A DNA stretch of 32,000 bases from Nostoc sp. PCC 7120 = FACHB-418 (GCF_000009705.1 NC_003272.1:4470001-4502000), one strand, 5' to 3'. Positions 1 through 8,869 are shown, numbered from the stretch's first letter. The notes: generated from the letters alone by a model not told the origin. Numbers and translations are program-made.

Positions 1-792
1 GAAATGATGGATTGGTTTCGTGATCACTATGGTAAACAATACGCACCGAATACACGCGAAACAGTCAGACGGCAGACGATGCACCAGTTTGTGCAGATGG
101 GGATAGTTGTTGAGAATCCAGATCAACCAGATCGACCGATTAACAGTCCCAAATGGTGTTATCAACTTCATCAACAATTTGTGACACTGCTTAAATCATA
201 CGGTTCCGAGCAGTGGGAAGAGACTCGTCGTAATTATGTTATTTCAGTTAAAAACTTATTGCAGGACAGAAATCGAAATATCCCGATGATTCCCGTAAGT
301 TTGCCTAACGGTCAAGCAATTCAACTATCATCAGGTGGACAAAATATATTGATTAAAGAAATTCTGGAAAACTTTTGTCCCAGATTTACACCTGAAGGTT
401 TAGTTCTGTTTGTAGGTGATGCTGGAAATAAGTTTATTGTTAATGAGACTCAGAAGTTTCGAGAAATTGGGATCGAGTTAGATCCTCACGGTAAGATGCC
501 AGACATTGTGGTTTACTACGAACGGCAAGAGTGGCTTGTCTTGATAGAAGCGGTGACTAGTCATGGTCCGGTCAATCTAAAACGTCGCAACGAATTAAAG
601 CGGCTCTTTCAATCTAGCCGTCAGGGGTTAGTTTTCGTTACTGCTTTCCCCAGTCGCAAGGAAATGACTCGCTATCTTGCTGAAATCTCTTGGGAGACAG
701 AAGTTTGGGTAGCAGCTCAACCTGATCACATGATTCATTTCAATGGAGAAAGATTTCTGGGACCCTATGAAGACCGAGAAAATAGGTTTTGA
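1..792 (+). CDS. BsuBI/PstI-family type II restriction endonuclease; the 5' end probably lies outside the window
   Basis: The frame is open from base 1 (a gaa codon precedes the first ATG at 4), giving 262 aa in the window. The C-terminal half has a PD-(D/E)xK-like core (KMPDIVVYYERQEWLVLIEAVTSHGP). The N-terminal half has a recognition-like segment (TRETVRRQTMHQFVQMGIV...INSPKWCYQL). The family call is from memory, not a search. Absence of CTGCAG in the window supports it indirectly. Confidence 0.5.
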   Translation, partial: EMMDWFRDHYGKQYAPNTRETVRRQTMHQFVQMGIVVENPDQPDRPINSPKWCYQLHQQFVTLLKSYGSEQWEETRRNYVISVKNLLQDRNRNIPMIPVSLPNGQAIQLSSGGQNILIKEILENFCPRFTPEGLVLFVGDAGNKFIVNETQKFREIGIELDPHGKMPDIVVYYERQEWLVLIEAVTSHGPVNLKRRNELKRLFQSSRQGLVFVTAFPSRKEMTRYLAEISWETEVWVAAQPDHMIHFNGERFLGPYEDRENRF

Positions 793-846
793 GCAATAAT
801 GTTAGAAGCCCCTAGATTGATTCTGTTCTCGGACTTTTACCCTATA

Positions 847-1656
847 TTATTGTGGTGTTTTAACAGGTTTTAAATTTCTCGCTTTATAAAACGTTTCTAG
901 GCTATCGCGATCGCCTACAAAACGCCAGTGCCAAGGTTCATAACTCACTCCTTGAGAATTATCCATGGGGAAAGACATCTCAAAACCAAAGCGAGCTGCA
1001 TTCGCCTCTAGCCATTTAAAAGCTCTGGTATTTTCAAAAATAGCTTGCAAATTAGTTGTCGGTGCTGCGCCATCCCCAATATCCACCGCGTAACCTGTGT
1101 GGTGTTCACTATGACCAGGGGGAGCGCTGAGGGCTGCTCTTTGGGCTGGGGTTTGATTACGTTGAGCGCCAATAGCAAAAAATAATTGCTCTTGCTCTTT
1201 TACAGAACGAAAGCCGGAAATAGGCATTAAGATGACACCCGCAGTCCGCGCCGCCTGTGCCATTTCTTGGAACCGTTGAGCCGCATTTCTACGCATTCGG
1301 ATGCGTCCATCCCTACTGATTGGCACTAATTCTGACTCTGGAGCCTCTGGGTAAGCCAAATGACCTAGTATAGCTTGCAGATCAGCCGGGTTGCTGGCTG
1401 TAGGCATTGGTGTAGCATCAGCAATAGCTGGTGAAGGCTGGGACTCAGTAGTTTTTTTAGGCGTGGTGATAAAAAAAACAAACCCACTAACAATCGCCAG
1501 TATCACAAACGCACCTACTCCACCCGTCACGAAAATCAGGCGTTGTAAGCGTTGTTTAGGTGTGATACCAGGAGTGTCGCGTAAGGCTACTGGGATATCA
1601 TCACTAAGTTCATCAAATGGATCGCGTGGCTCTCCAGAAAACCCAGCTTTATTCAC
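847..1656 (-). CDS. Membrane-anchored D-alanyl-D-alanine carboxypeptidase, VanY / peptidase M15B family
   Basis: 269 aa. It has an N-terminal TM anchor (LIFVTGGVGAFVILAIVSGFVFFI). VanY motifs are present: SGFRS, HSEHHTGYAVD (H-x6-D) and EPWHWRF. Confidence 0.8.
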   Translation of the reverse strand: MNKAGFSGEPRDPFDELSDDIPVALRDTPGITPKQRLQRLIFVTGGVGAFVILAIVSGFVFFITTPKKTTESQPSPAIADATPMPTASNPADLQAILGHLAYPEAPESELVPISRDGRIRMRRNAAQRFQEMAQAARTAGVILMPISGFRSVKEQEQLFFAIGAQRNQTPAQRAALSAPPGHSEHHTGYAVDIGDGAAPTTNLQAIFENTRAFKWLEANAARFGFEMSFPMDNSQGVSYEPWHWRFVGDRDSLETFYKARNLKPVKTPQ

Positions 1657-1757
1657 AGGTCAACTCCTGGTTTTGTGGAACTCTCATAAAAATTGTAGAC
1701 TTGATAAGAATAAGCTTGTTGGGTAGCATTTTACATCTATAATTCTTAGGCGCAACA

Positions 1758-2684
1758 TTGATAAATCTCCTAGAACTATACGTCAAACTTGTCAGCTTAG
1801 TCTTAGTAGGTTTTATTCTGGGACGCAAGCTACCTAGTACAGTTCCTACCCGTCTGGGTCAGTTTCTTTTCTGTGTGGGAGTACCGATAAGTATAGTATC
1901 TTTTCTCCGACAAACTGACTTATCTGGACAAATCTGGATTGCTCCTGCGATCGCATACTTGGCTATTCTACTAGGCGCGTTCTTTGCTTGGCTAGGAATC
2001 AAAGGACAGACATACTTCGGTAATACAAAACCTGAAAAACCCACCCAGGGAAGCTTGTTGCTAGCAGCCATGATAGGTAATACAGGTTACTTAGGCTTTC
2101 CCATTACCTTGGCAATGGTAGGCAAAGAATACTTTGCTTGGGCATTATTTTACGATTTGCTGGGGTCTTTTCCTGGTGCTTATGCGTTGGGCGTAGCATT
2201 AGGCGCTCATTTCGGCACTAACTTACAAAATCACAGCCAACTTACGCAAGTCATAAGAGCGATTTTCGTTAATCCGGCTCTATGGAGTTTCGGATTTGGC
2301 TTACTATTTCGCCAAATAGCAATTCCTGAGATTTGGGAATATGGCTTAGATAAATTTGCCTGGAGTATGGTGGCTTTATCTCTAGTATTAATTGGAATGC
2401 GCTTAAGCAAACTAAATTCCTTAGATAACCTACCACAGGTAGGCATCAGCTTAGGAATCAAAATGCTCATAGTTCCCCTCATTTTAAGCTGCACCTTACC
2501 GTTTTTTGGATTAACCGGGCCAGCTGCCAAAGTTATTATCCTGCAAACGGCCATGCCCCCAGCCTTTGCCTGTCTAGTCATCGCCGAAACCTTCAATTTA
2601 GACCACAACCTCGCAGTCACAACAATAGCTATAGGATCTGTGTTACTACTCTTAACACTCCCCATGTGGCTATGGTTGTTTTGA
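1758..2684 (+). CDS. AEC (auxin efflux carrier) family transporter
   Basis: 308 aa polytopic membrane protein with AEC-like segments (IGNTGYLGFPI; ILQTAMPPAF...TLPMW). The start codon at 1758 is TTG, so the exact start is uncertain. Confidence 0.75.
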   Translation: MINLLELYVKLVSLVLVGFILGRKLPSTVPTRLGQFLFCVGVPISIVSFLRQTDLSGQIWIAPAIAYLAILLGAFFAWLGIKGQTYFGNTKPEKPTQGSLLLAAMIGNTGYLGFPITLAMVGKEYFAWALFYDLLGSFPGAYALGVALGAHFGTNLQNHSQLTQVIRAIFVNPALWSFGFGLLFRQIAIPEIWEYGLDKFAWSMVALSLVLIGMRLSKLNSLDNLPQVGISLGIKMLIVPLILSCTLPFFGLTGPAAKVIILQTAMPPAFACLVIAETFNLDHNLAVTTIAIGSVLLLLTLPMWLWLF

Positions 2685-2760
2685 ATTAGTCAGTTGTTAA
2701 TTGTTAGTTGTCAACAATCAACAGATATCTTCTCCCCCCATACCCTGCTCACCTTCCCCA

Positions 2761-3279
2761 TCAACAATACTGACCTAACTTAGCCGCCAAATCTGCGGGA
2801 TTGGTATGCTCATAATGTTCAAAGGGCTGATGAATCCAAGGATTATCTGGCAAATAATCGACGTAGTAATTGGGTTTAATCTCTGAACAAGCTTTATACC
2901 AAACTACAGCCGTGCGGATTTCCTCAATTGGGGAATCACTATATTGTTTTAGCCACGGTATGGTTTCTTTGAGTGTGATTCCAGAGTCTACTAAGTCATC
3001 GACTAGGAGAATACGTGAACCTAAACTTTCAGTGGTCATTGTTAGATGACGAGAAACATTTAAATAACCTCTTTCTTGCTTACCTGCGCCACTGTAGGAA
3101 GATGTGGCTAAAATTGCTAAGGGTTTGTCATAGATACGGGAAATTATGTCTCCCACTCGTAGTCCACCCCTGGCTAAACAGACAATTTGATTGAACTTCC
3201 AGCCAGATTGATAAATATGAGCAGCCAGTTGCTCAATTTTATAGTGATACTCTGACCAAGAAACGTAAAGGTCTGGCAT
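2761..3279 (-). CDS. Phosphoribosyltransferase, xanthine-guanine PRT (Gpt)-like
   Basis: 172 aa. It has the PRPP-binding motif ILLVDDLVDSGIT. It is collinear with E. coli Gpt as I remember it (V.W......I..LA, ARGGL, SSY, DNPWIHQP). Confidence 0.75.
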   Translation of the reverse strand: MPDLYVSWSEYHYKIEQLAAHIYQSGWKFNQIVCLARGGLRVGDIISRIYDKPLAILATSSYSGAGKQERGYLNVSRHLTMTTESLGSRILLVDDLVDSGITLKETIPWLKQYSDSPIEEIRTAVVWYKACSEIKPNYYVDYLPDNPWIHQPFEHYEHTNPADLAAKLGQYC

Positions 3280-3344
3280 AAGGTAAGTAGGTTTTAGGTG
3301 ATACTAAAGGCGATCGCAATATTTTAATATGAGCGCAAGGTATT

Positions 3345-4808
3345 ATGAACGACTCTGCTGCTGATGGTTATGCCCAAAAGCCTAAGAATAGTCAAAAATT
3401 AGATTTGAAAACCAAGCTGGCTTACGGTGCTGGTGATTTAGGCCCAGCAATTACCGCCAATATTTCTATATTCTTTCTATTAATTTTCTTTACCAACGTT
3501 GCTGGTATTCCGGCTGGTTTGGCGGGTAGTGTTTTAATGATTGGGAAAATCTGGGACGCTGTTAACGATCCTTTCGTGGGGGTATTGACGGATAAAACAA
3601 AGTCTCGGCGGTGGGGTCGTCGTTTGCCTTGGATGCTTTATGGGGCAATTCCTTTTGGAATTTTCTTTTTCTTACAGTGGATTGTACCGCGATTTAGTAG
3701 CGACCAGGGTAGTAATGTTTGGGCTTTGTTTTGGTATTACGTAGTGATTGGGTTGATTTCCCAGGTGTTTTATACAGTTGTAAACCTGCCTTATACAGCC
3801 CTGACTCCAGAACTTACCCAAGATTATGACGAACGCACTAGCCTGAATAGTTTTCGCTTTGCCTTTTCTATTGGTGGCAGCATTTTATCTTTAATTTTAT
3901 CTAAAGTTGTTTTGTCGTTGATTAGCGATCGCCAGCAACAGTATATAGTTTTAGCAGCAATTTGCACCGTCATCTCGGTTATATCATTATATTGGTGCGT
4001 CTTTGGCGTGCGCGAGCGGGTATTGGCATTTGAAGCAAAACGTATTCAAGTTGAGGAATCTGACTCTATCCCTTTCTTTGAACAATTAAAAATTGTTTTC
4101 AGCAATCGCCCCTTTCTATTTGTAATTGGCATATATTTGTTTTCTTGGTTAGGAGTACAAATAACAGCCAGCATTATTCCCTACTTTGTCATCAATTGTA
4201 TGTCTCTGCCTGAATCAGATGTACCCACAACGATGATTGCAGTACAAGGGACTGCTTTATTGATGTTATTTGTCTGGACGGCTTTAAGTAAAAAAATTGG
4301 TAAGAAACTCGTTTATTTCTTGGGAATGAGTTCATGGATAATTGCAGCTGCTGGACTCTTTTTCTTACAACCTGGTCAAATAGGTTTGATGTATGTCATG
4401 GCTATCATGGCGGGTGTGGGTGTATCCACAGCTTACTTAGTCCCCTGGTCAATGATTCCCGATGTGATTGAATTAGACGAACTGCAAACTGGACAACGCC
4501 GAGAAGGTATTTTTTACGGCTTTATGGTTTTATTGCAGAAATTTGGTTTGGCTTTCGGCTTATTTCTGGTAGGTAATGCCTTGCAAGCATCTGGTTTCAA
4601 AGAAGCTGTCGCTGGACAAACTACTCTACCAATACAACCAGAATCGGCTCTTTTCGCTATCCGCATTGCCGTTGGGCCTTTACCCACCATCTGTTTAATT
4701 TTTGGCTTAGTCTTAACCTATTTCTACCCCATTACCCGTGAAATGCACGCGGAAATTCTGCTAAAACTCCAAGAACGTCAAAAGCAGAGAGAAACAAATC
4801 CAGAGTGA
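3345..4808 (+). CDS. MFS transporter of the glycoside-pentoside-hexuronide (GPH) cation symporter family
   Basis: 487 aa with about 12 hydrophobic segments. It carries the GPH signature YGAGDLGPAI ... DAVNDPFVGVLTDKTKSRRWGRRLPW. Confidence 0.8.
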   Translation: MNDSAADGYAQKPKNSQKLDLKTKLAYGAGDLGPAITANISIFFLLIFFTNVAGIPAGLAGSVLMIGKIWDAVNDPFVGVLTDKTKSRRWGRRLPWMLYGAIPFGIFFFLQWIVPRFSSDQGSNVWALFWYYVVIGLISQVFYTVVNLPYTALTPELTQDYDERTSLNSFRFAFSIGGSILSLILSKVVLSLISDRQQQYIVLAAICTVISVISLYWCVFGVRERVLAFEAKRIQVEESDSIPFFEQLKIVFSNRPFLFVIGIYLFSWLGVQITASIIPYFVINCMSLPESDVPTTMIAVQGTALLMLFVWTALSKKIGKKLVYFLGMSSWIIAAAGLFFLQPGQIGLMYVMAIMAGVGVSTAYLVPWSMIPDVIELDELQTGQRREGIFYGFMVLLQKFGLAFGLFLVGNALQASGFKEAVAGQTTLPIQPESALFAIRIAVGPLPTICLIFGLVLTYFYPITREMHAEILLKLQERQKQRETNPE

Positions 4809-5053
4809 TAAGTATAGGACTTACGCATGAAAACGAAAGATCAAGGGTTTGGAGAAGGGTATAGGGGTATATAAGTAGTTATTTCATTCCCATTACCCAT
4901 TCCAGATGATTTTTTTGATCAATACAACCTTTTGAACATCTATTGAGCATAATAAAAATAGTACGTAGGGACTGACTAAATATCCTCAAAACCAGCAAAT
5001 CAGCCATTGTGAAAACTTCTTGAGTGTCGAAAATGAATTAGAGATTAAAAGCC

Positions 5054-6793
5054 TTGGTATACCGTTTTTCTGGGGTTCACTGCATAAATCCTGACTGTCA
5101 ACGTCCCTACCCCCAGCCCTGGGGTAACAAATTTTGTAACAGCTGTGGCACAGTGCTACAGCTGTTAGATCGTTATGTGCCACTACAGACTTTGGGTGCG
5201 GGGGGTTTTGCACAAATTTATACAGTCTGGGATGAGAAGACCCAAACGGAAAAAGTTCTAAAGGTATTGATAGAAGATTCTCCCAAGGCGCTGGAATTAT
5301 TTACTCAAGAGGCAGAAGTTTTAGTTCGGTTACGCCATCCTGGTGTCCCTAAAGTTGAGGCTGATGGTCATTTTCAAGTTAATTTATCCAATCCCAAGCC
5401 GCGCCAACTACCTTGTCTGGTGATGGAAAAAATTAACGGGCCGACTTTGGAGGAAATGTTAAATAAGTATCCCCAAGGATGTCCAGAAAATTTGGTATTA
5501 AACTGGTTAACCCAAGCAATAAAAATCTTACAAGAATTACATAAGCATCAAATTATACATCGTGATATCAAGCCTTCCAATTTGATGTTACGCACTCCTT
5601 CCCCTAGTGTACCTACACCCCCAGGGGGAACAGGCTGGGAACAATTAGTTTTAATTGATTTCGGTGGGGCAAAACAATTTAATACTGGAAGACAGCGCCA
5701 AGAATCAAGTTCTACAAGGTTATTTTCTTCTGGTTACAGTCCACCAGAACAAGTTACCGGTGGGCATATCGGGCCGAGTGTTGATTTTTATGCTCTCGGT
5801 CGAACGATGATTGAATTACTCACAGGTAAGTATCCCCCAGAGTTAGAAGATCCTCAGACAGGGGTTTTGCAATGGCGTAATAGAGTTACTATCAGACCTG
5901 AGTTGGCAGATTTACTAGATGAGATGGTGCAAGAGGATGTGCGATCGCGTCCCACTAGTGCGGCTATAATTCAAAAACGGTTAGCAAAAATTAACCAGCC
6001 AGCTTCAGGACAGAACAGTTTCCAGCAGTTCTTAACACAGGTTGCTAATCAACTAACACTATTAAATCAATCTACTGAGCAAGTTTTCAGCAACTTGGGA
6101 CAAACCTTAGGTAAAATCTTGCGGTGGATTGCAAAGACAATAGTGCAGATCATTACAGCTTGTTTTGCCACTATTTGGGCAATGCTGCTAACTGGTCTTG
6201 GTGCGAGTGTAGGCACGATCGCTGGATTTATTTTGGCATATCGCACAAACTTAGGCGATCGCTTAGTCGAATTTATCGCCGGTCAATTACCCGAATTAAT
6301 AACTAACCCTGAATCAGGATTCGGTGCAGAAATTATCGTATTTGCCGCCGCAGGTTTAGGTACAGCCTGGGGACTGACAGCATCCGGGTGTTTTGCCCAA
6401 CGACGGCGCTTTTTAGTTGCCTCATTCATGGGAATAATCAGCTACGCCTTTGGCTGGTTATTGTGGCAAATCATTACATCGACCGCAGATAGCGGTGAAG
6501 GTTTGGTAGGAGCAACCGCCATATCTGTATTTTTATTAGCTCTAAGTATGGGTTTCCGTAGCCATCACATAGTTTATGCCATGATTGGCTCATTTGGAAC
6601 AGCGATATTTGTGGCAATTTTGATAGTTTTAGGTTTTCCCACCACTGTTTTACAATTTTCTAGTCGTCACCTCTGGTCAGAATTATCCTTGCCTATCATC
6701 TTTTTTAGCTCTGTCGGCATTTTGATGAGCTTTTGGTTAGGCATAAGCTACTACCTAATTGTGCCAGGATTGCGGTTTTTGGGTTGGCGGTAG
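5054..6793 (+). CDS. Ser/Thr protein kinase with an N-terminal zinc ribbon and a C-terminal polytopic membrane domain
   Basis: 579 aa. Zinc ribbon: CINPDC...CNSCG. Hanks kinase motifs: VLKVL Lys, HRDIKPSNL, DFGGAK, SGYSPPE. The last ~240 aa contain about 7 hydrophobic helices. TTG at 5054 is the only start candidate after the in-frame TAG at 5039. Confidence 0.85.
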   Translation: MVYRFSGVHCINPDCQRPYPQPWGNKFCNSCGTVLQLLDRYVPLQTLGAGGFAQIYTVWDEKTQTEKVLKVLIEDSPKALELFTQEAEVLVRLRHPGVPKVEADGHFQVNLSNPKPRQLPCLVMEKINGPTLEEMLNKYPQGCPENLVLNWLTQAIKILQELHKHQIIHRDIKPSNLMLRTPSPSVPTPPGGTGWEQLVLIDFGGAKQFNTGRQRQESSSTRLFSSGYSPPEQVTGGHIGPSVDFYALGRTMIELLTGKYPPELEDPQTGVLQWRNRVTIRPELADLLDEMVQEDVRSRPTSAAIIQKRLAKINQPASGQNSFQQFLTQVANQLTLLNQSTEQVFSNLGQTLGKILRWIAKTIVQIITACFATIWAMLLTGLGASVGTIAGFILAYRTNLGDRLVEFIAGQLPELITNPESGFGAEIIVFAAAGLGTAWGLTASGCFAQRRRFLVASFMGIISYAFGWLLWQIITSTADSGEGLVGATAISVFLLALSMGFRSHHIVYAMIGSFGTAIFVAILIVLGFPTTVLQFSSRHLWSELSLPIIFFSSVGILMSFWLGISYYLIVPGLRFLGWR

Positions 6794-6804
6794 GGGAAAA
6801 CTAA

Positions 6805-6832
6805 TGACAACTGACAACTGACCATTGATCAA
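6805..6832. repeat. STRR-like heptamer array (TGACAAC x2, then TGACCAT and TGATCAA)
   Basis: Tandem 7-nt periodicity read directly, immediately after the kinase stop codon. A related degenerate array in the opposite orientation lies at about 2691-2725 (cagttgt taattgt tagttgt). Confidence 0.7.
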
Positions 6833-6840
6833 AATTAAGA

Positions 6841-6874
6841 CCCCCTGACTGGTTATTTATATCTAGTCAGGGGG
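6841..6874. terminator. 10-bp GC-rich hairpin (ccccctgact / agtcaggggg, 14-nt loop)
   Basis: A perfect inverted repeat 48 nt downstream of the kinase stop. No T-tract follows on the plus strand. On the minus strand the hairpin is followed by tcttaattttgatc. Confidence 0.45.
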
Positions 6875-7105
6875 CTACTATAGGTGATAGACTATAATTG
6901 GTTCTGTATATTCACTTTACGCTTCGATTCTATAGCCTTAACATCTGTTTGACTACTGTAATTACTCCTATTAATCGTATTTTCATAGGTTCTTCATCAC
7001 CACTTCATTCTCGTTGATTTACCTAGACAAACACATAAGTAAGGTAAGGTATTCTGCTAAATCTTTAATTGTCATCCCCAACAACACCTAATACTAACTA
7101 TTTCT

Positions 7106-7126
7106 CCCCAATCCCCAATCCCCTAA
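7106..7126. repeat. Short heptamer repeat CCCCAAT x2 plus CCCCTAA
   Basis: Read directly in the spacer upstream of pcyA. Confidence 0.6.
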
Positions 7127-7201
7127 CTTATGTTGCAATCTAGAACAGAAGTAACGCTCCTGGCAGTAGACTGACATCTAGATTGCATTCCCGAATAGAA
7201 T

Positions 7202-7939
7202 ATGTCACTTACTTCCATTCCCTCGCTACGTGAGCAACAACATCCCCTCATTCGCCAACTAGCTGACTGTATTGAAGAAGTTTGGCATCAGCACCTGGAT
7301 TTGTCGCCTTACCATTTGCCTGCTGAGTTGGGGTATGTGGAAGGGAGACTAGAGGGTGAGAAACTGACGATTGAAAACCGTTGCTATCAAACACCCCAGT
7401 TTCGGAAGATGCACTTGGAATTAGCCAAGGTAGGAAATATGCTAGACATCCTGCACTGTGTGATGTTTCCGCGTCCAGAGTATGACCTACCGATGTTTGG
7501 CTGTGACTTGGTTGGGGGTAGAGGTCAAATTAGTGCAGCGATCGCCGACCTTTCTCCTGTACACTTAGACCGCACCCTACCCGAATCCTATAATTCGGCG
7601 CTGACAAGTCTCAATACACTAAATTTCTCTCAACCAAGAGAATTGCCAGAATGGGGAAATATCTTCTCCGATTTTTGCATTTTTGTGCGTCCGAGTTCAC
7701 CAGAAGAAGAGGCGATGTTTTTGGGACGGGTGCGGGAGTTTTTGCAAGTTCATTGTCAAGGTGCGATCGCTGCTAGTCCCGTTTCAGCAGAACAAAAACA
7801 GCAAATTTTAGCTGGACAACACAATTACTGTAGCAAACAGCAACAAAACGATAAAACTCGCCGGGTGCTAGAAAAAGCTTTTGGTGTGGATTGGGCAGAA
7901 AATTACATGACCACAGTGTTATTTGATCTCCCAGAATAA
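7202..7939 (+). CDS. pcyA: Phycocyanobilin:ferredoxin oxidoreductase
   Basis: 245 aa ferredoxin-dependent bilin reductase. The N-terminus [28 protein letters not shown] and the [13 protein letters not shown] segment match Anabaena/Nostoc PcyA as I remember it. Confidence 0.9.
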   Translation: MSLTSIPSLREQQHPLIRQLADCIEEVWHQHLDLSPYHLPAELGYVEGRLEGEKLTIENRCYQTPQFRKMHLELAKVGNMLDILHCVMFPRPEYDLPMFGCDLVGGRGQISAAIADLSPVHLDRTLPESYNSALTSLNTLNFSQPRELPEWGNIFSDFCIFVRPSSPEEEAMFLGRVREFLQVHCQGAIAASPVSAEQKQQILAGQHNYCSKQQQNDKTRRVLEKAFGVDWAENYMTTVLFDLPE

Positions 7940-8119
7940 CGGTCGTTTGTGGAGATTGGGTGTAGTGGTGTAGGGGTTAGTGAAATGAGGATTCTCTTGT
8001 TAGCCTGAGAGTCATGACTCACTGCTTGGTAAAAAACTACACTGCCCCCTACTCCCTTTCCCCCTGCTTCTTCTGGTCAGCGATCGCCCATTACTCCTTC
8101 AATCCCTCGCCCCTCATTT

Positions 8120-8161
8120 GTACAGTCTGTTACCTTTACCTGAAACAGATGAATGTAGAAT
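8120..8161 (+). promoter_or_regulatory. NtcA-activated (class II-type) promoter of the devBCA operon
   Basis: GTA-cagtctgt-TAC (8120-8133) is a perfect GTAN8TAC site. Exactly 22 nt separate it from TAGAAT (8156-8161), which fits TAN3T. The predicted TSS is near 8168, about 700 nt upstream of the devB ATG. This agrees with my recollection of the published devB transcription start. Confidence 0.7.
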
Positions 8162-8448
8162 TTATAAAACTAGCATTTGATGGAGTAAATAACCAATTTT
8201 AGATAATAAAATACGTAGGTACAACCCTAGCCACGGACTATTAGAAATTACTAGTTATAAATTACGAATTAGACTTGGGGAAATGTTATGTTATCGCACA
8301 AAATTTAACTGCATAAATCAGTTTTTGTAAAACCTTTGATAGAACCTCTTCAAAAAAACAAATAAAGTCATCTAAGTTGCAGAAAATCTTTAAAAGATTT
8401 GCCATAATGAAATCTATCTGCATACTCAGGCTGACTAATTCAGGAGTT

Positions 8449-8530
8449 ATACCAATTCAAAATTAAGAAATCTGGATTTGGCAAGGGTTTCTAGGTTTGG
8501 ATATGTTTCAAGATTTTCGTGAATTGGTAT
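8449..8530. repeat. Palindromic element, copy 1 (arms ATACCAATTC / GAATTGGTAT) in the devB leader
   Basis: The 10-nt perfect inverted arms are at 8449-8458 and 8521-8530. The pairing extends imperfectly (caaaat / attttcgt). Confidence 0.65.
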
Positions 8531-8740
8531 CGCCTATGGTGGGCGGAATGCCATCGCTATTTAAAAACGCTACTGAGATCAATATTTATCAGGTATTCAA
8601 ATTTAGTTAATACTCAACGTCAAGCCGATGTTGTTTTTCTTCAGAAACGAGTACATTGTGGTAGAAAAACATTTAATTGGTAAAGACTAAAAAGTTTAAC
8701 AAAAAAACTTTTATTTGCTTCTACCTCCTGACTTCTTGTT

Positions 8741-8829
8741 ATACCAATTTCCCAAAATTCAATAACATATTCAAATTTAGCAGCCATCAAAAAATCTAGC
8801 TTTTTGAATTTTGAATTTTGAATTGGTAT
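8741..8829. repeat. Palindromic element, copy 2 (arms ATACCAATT(T) / GAATTGGTAT), including the tandem heptamer TTTGAAT x3
   Basis: The arms are at 8741-8750 and 8820-8829, with 9 bp plus a G-U pair. TTTGAAT occurs three times in tandem at 8803-8823. The segment 8814-8829 is an exact 16-nt reverse complement of 8449-8464 in copy 1. Confidence 0.65.
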
Positions 8830-8869
8830 TACTTTCATCGGCAAAATTCAGATAAACGGACAAAAAACC

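Noticed and set aside
1391-1726. 111-aa plus-strand ORF
   Set aside because: It is entirely antisense to the well-supported VanY gene, and its composition mirrors that gene's N-terminal region.
8014-8202. 62-aa plus-strand ORF between pcyA and devB
   Set aside because: It spans the NtcA box, the -10 element and the predicted devB transcription start. The translation is low-complexity (Pro/Ser/Cys/Phe-rich), and no SD sequence is evident. It is most likely a chance ORF.
8651-8664. Possible second NtcA site, GTAcattgtggTAG, in the devB leader
   Set aside because: The right half-site is TAG rather than TAC, and no TAN3T -10 element lies at the required ~22-nt distance. It is weaker than the perfect site at 8120-8133.
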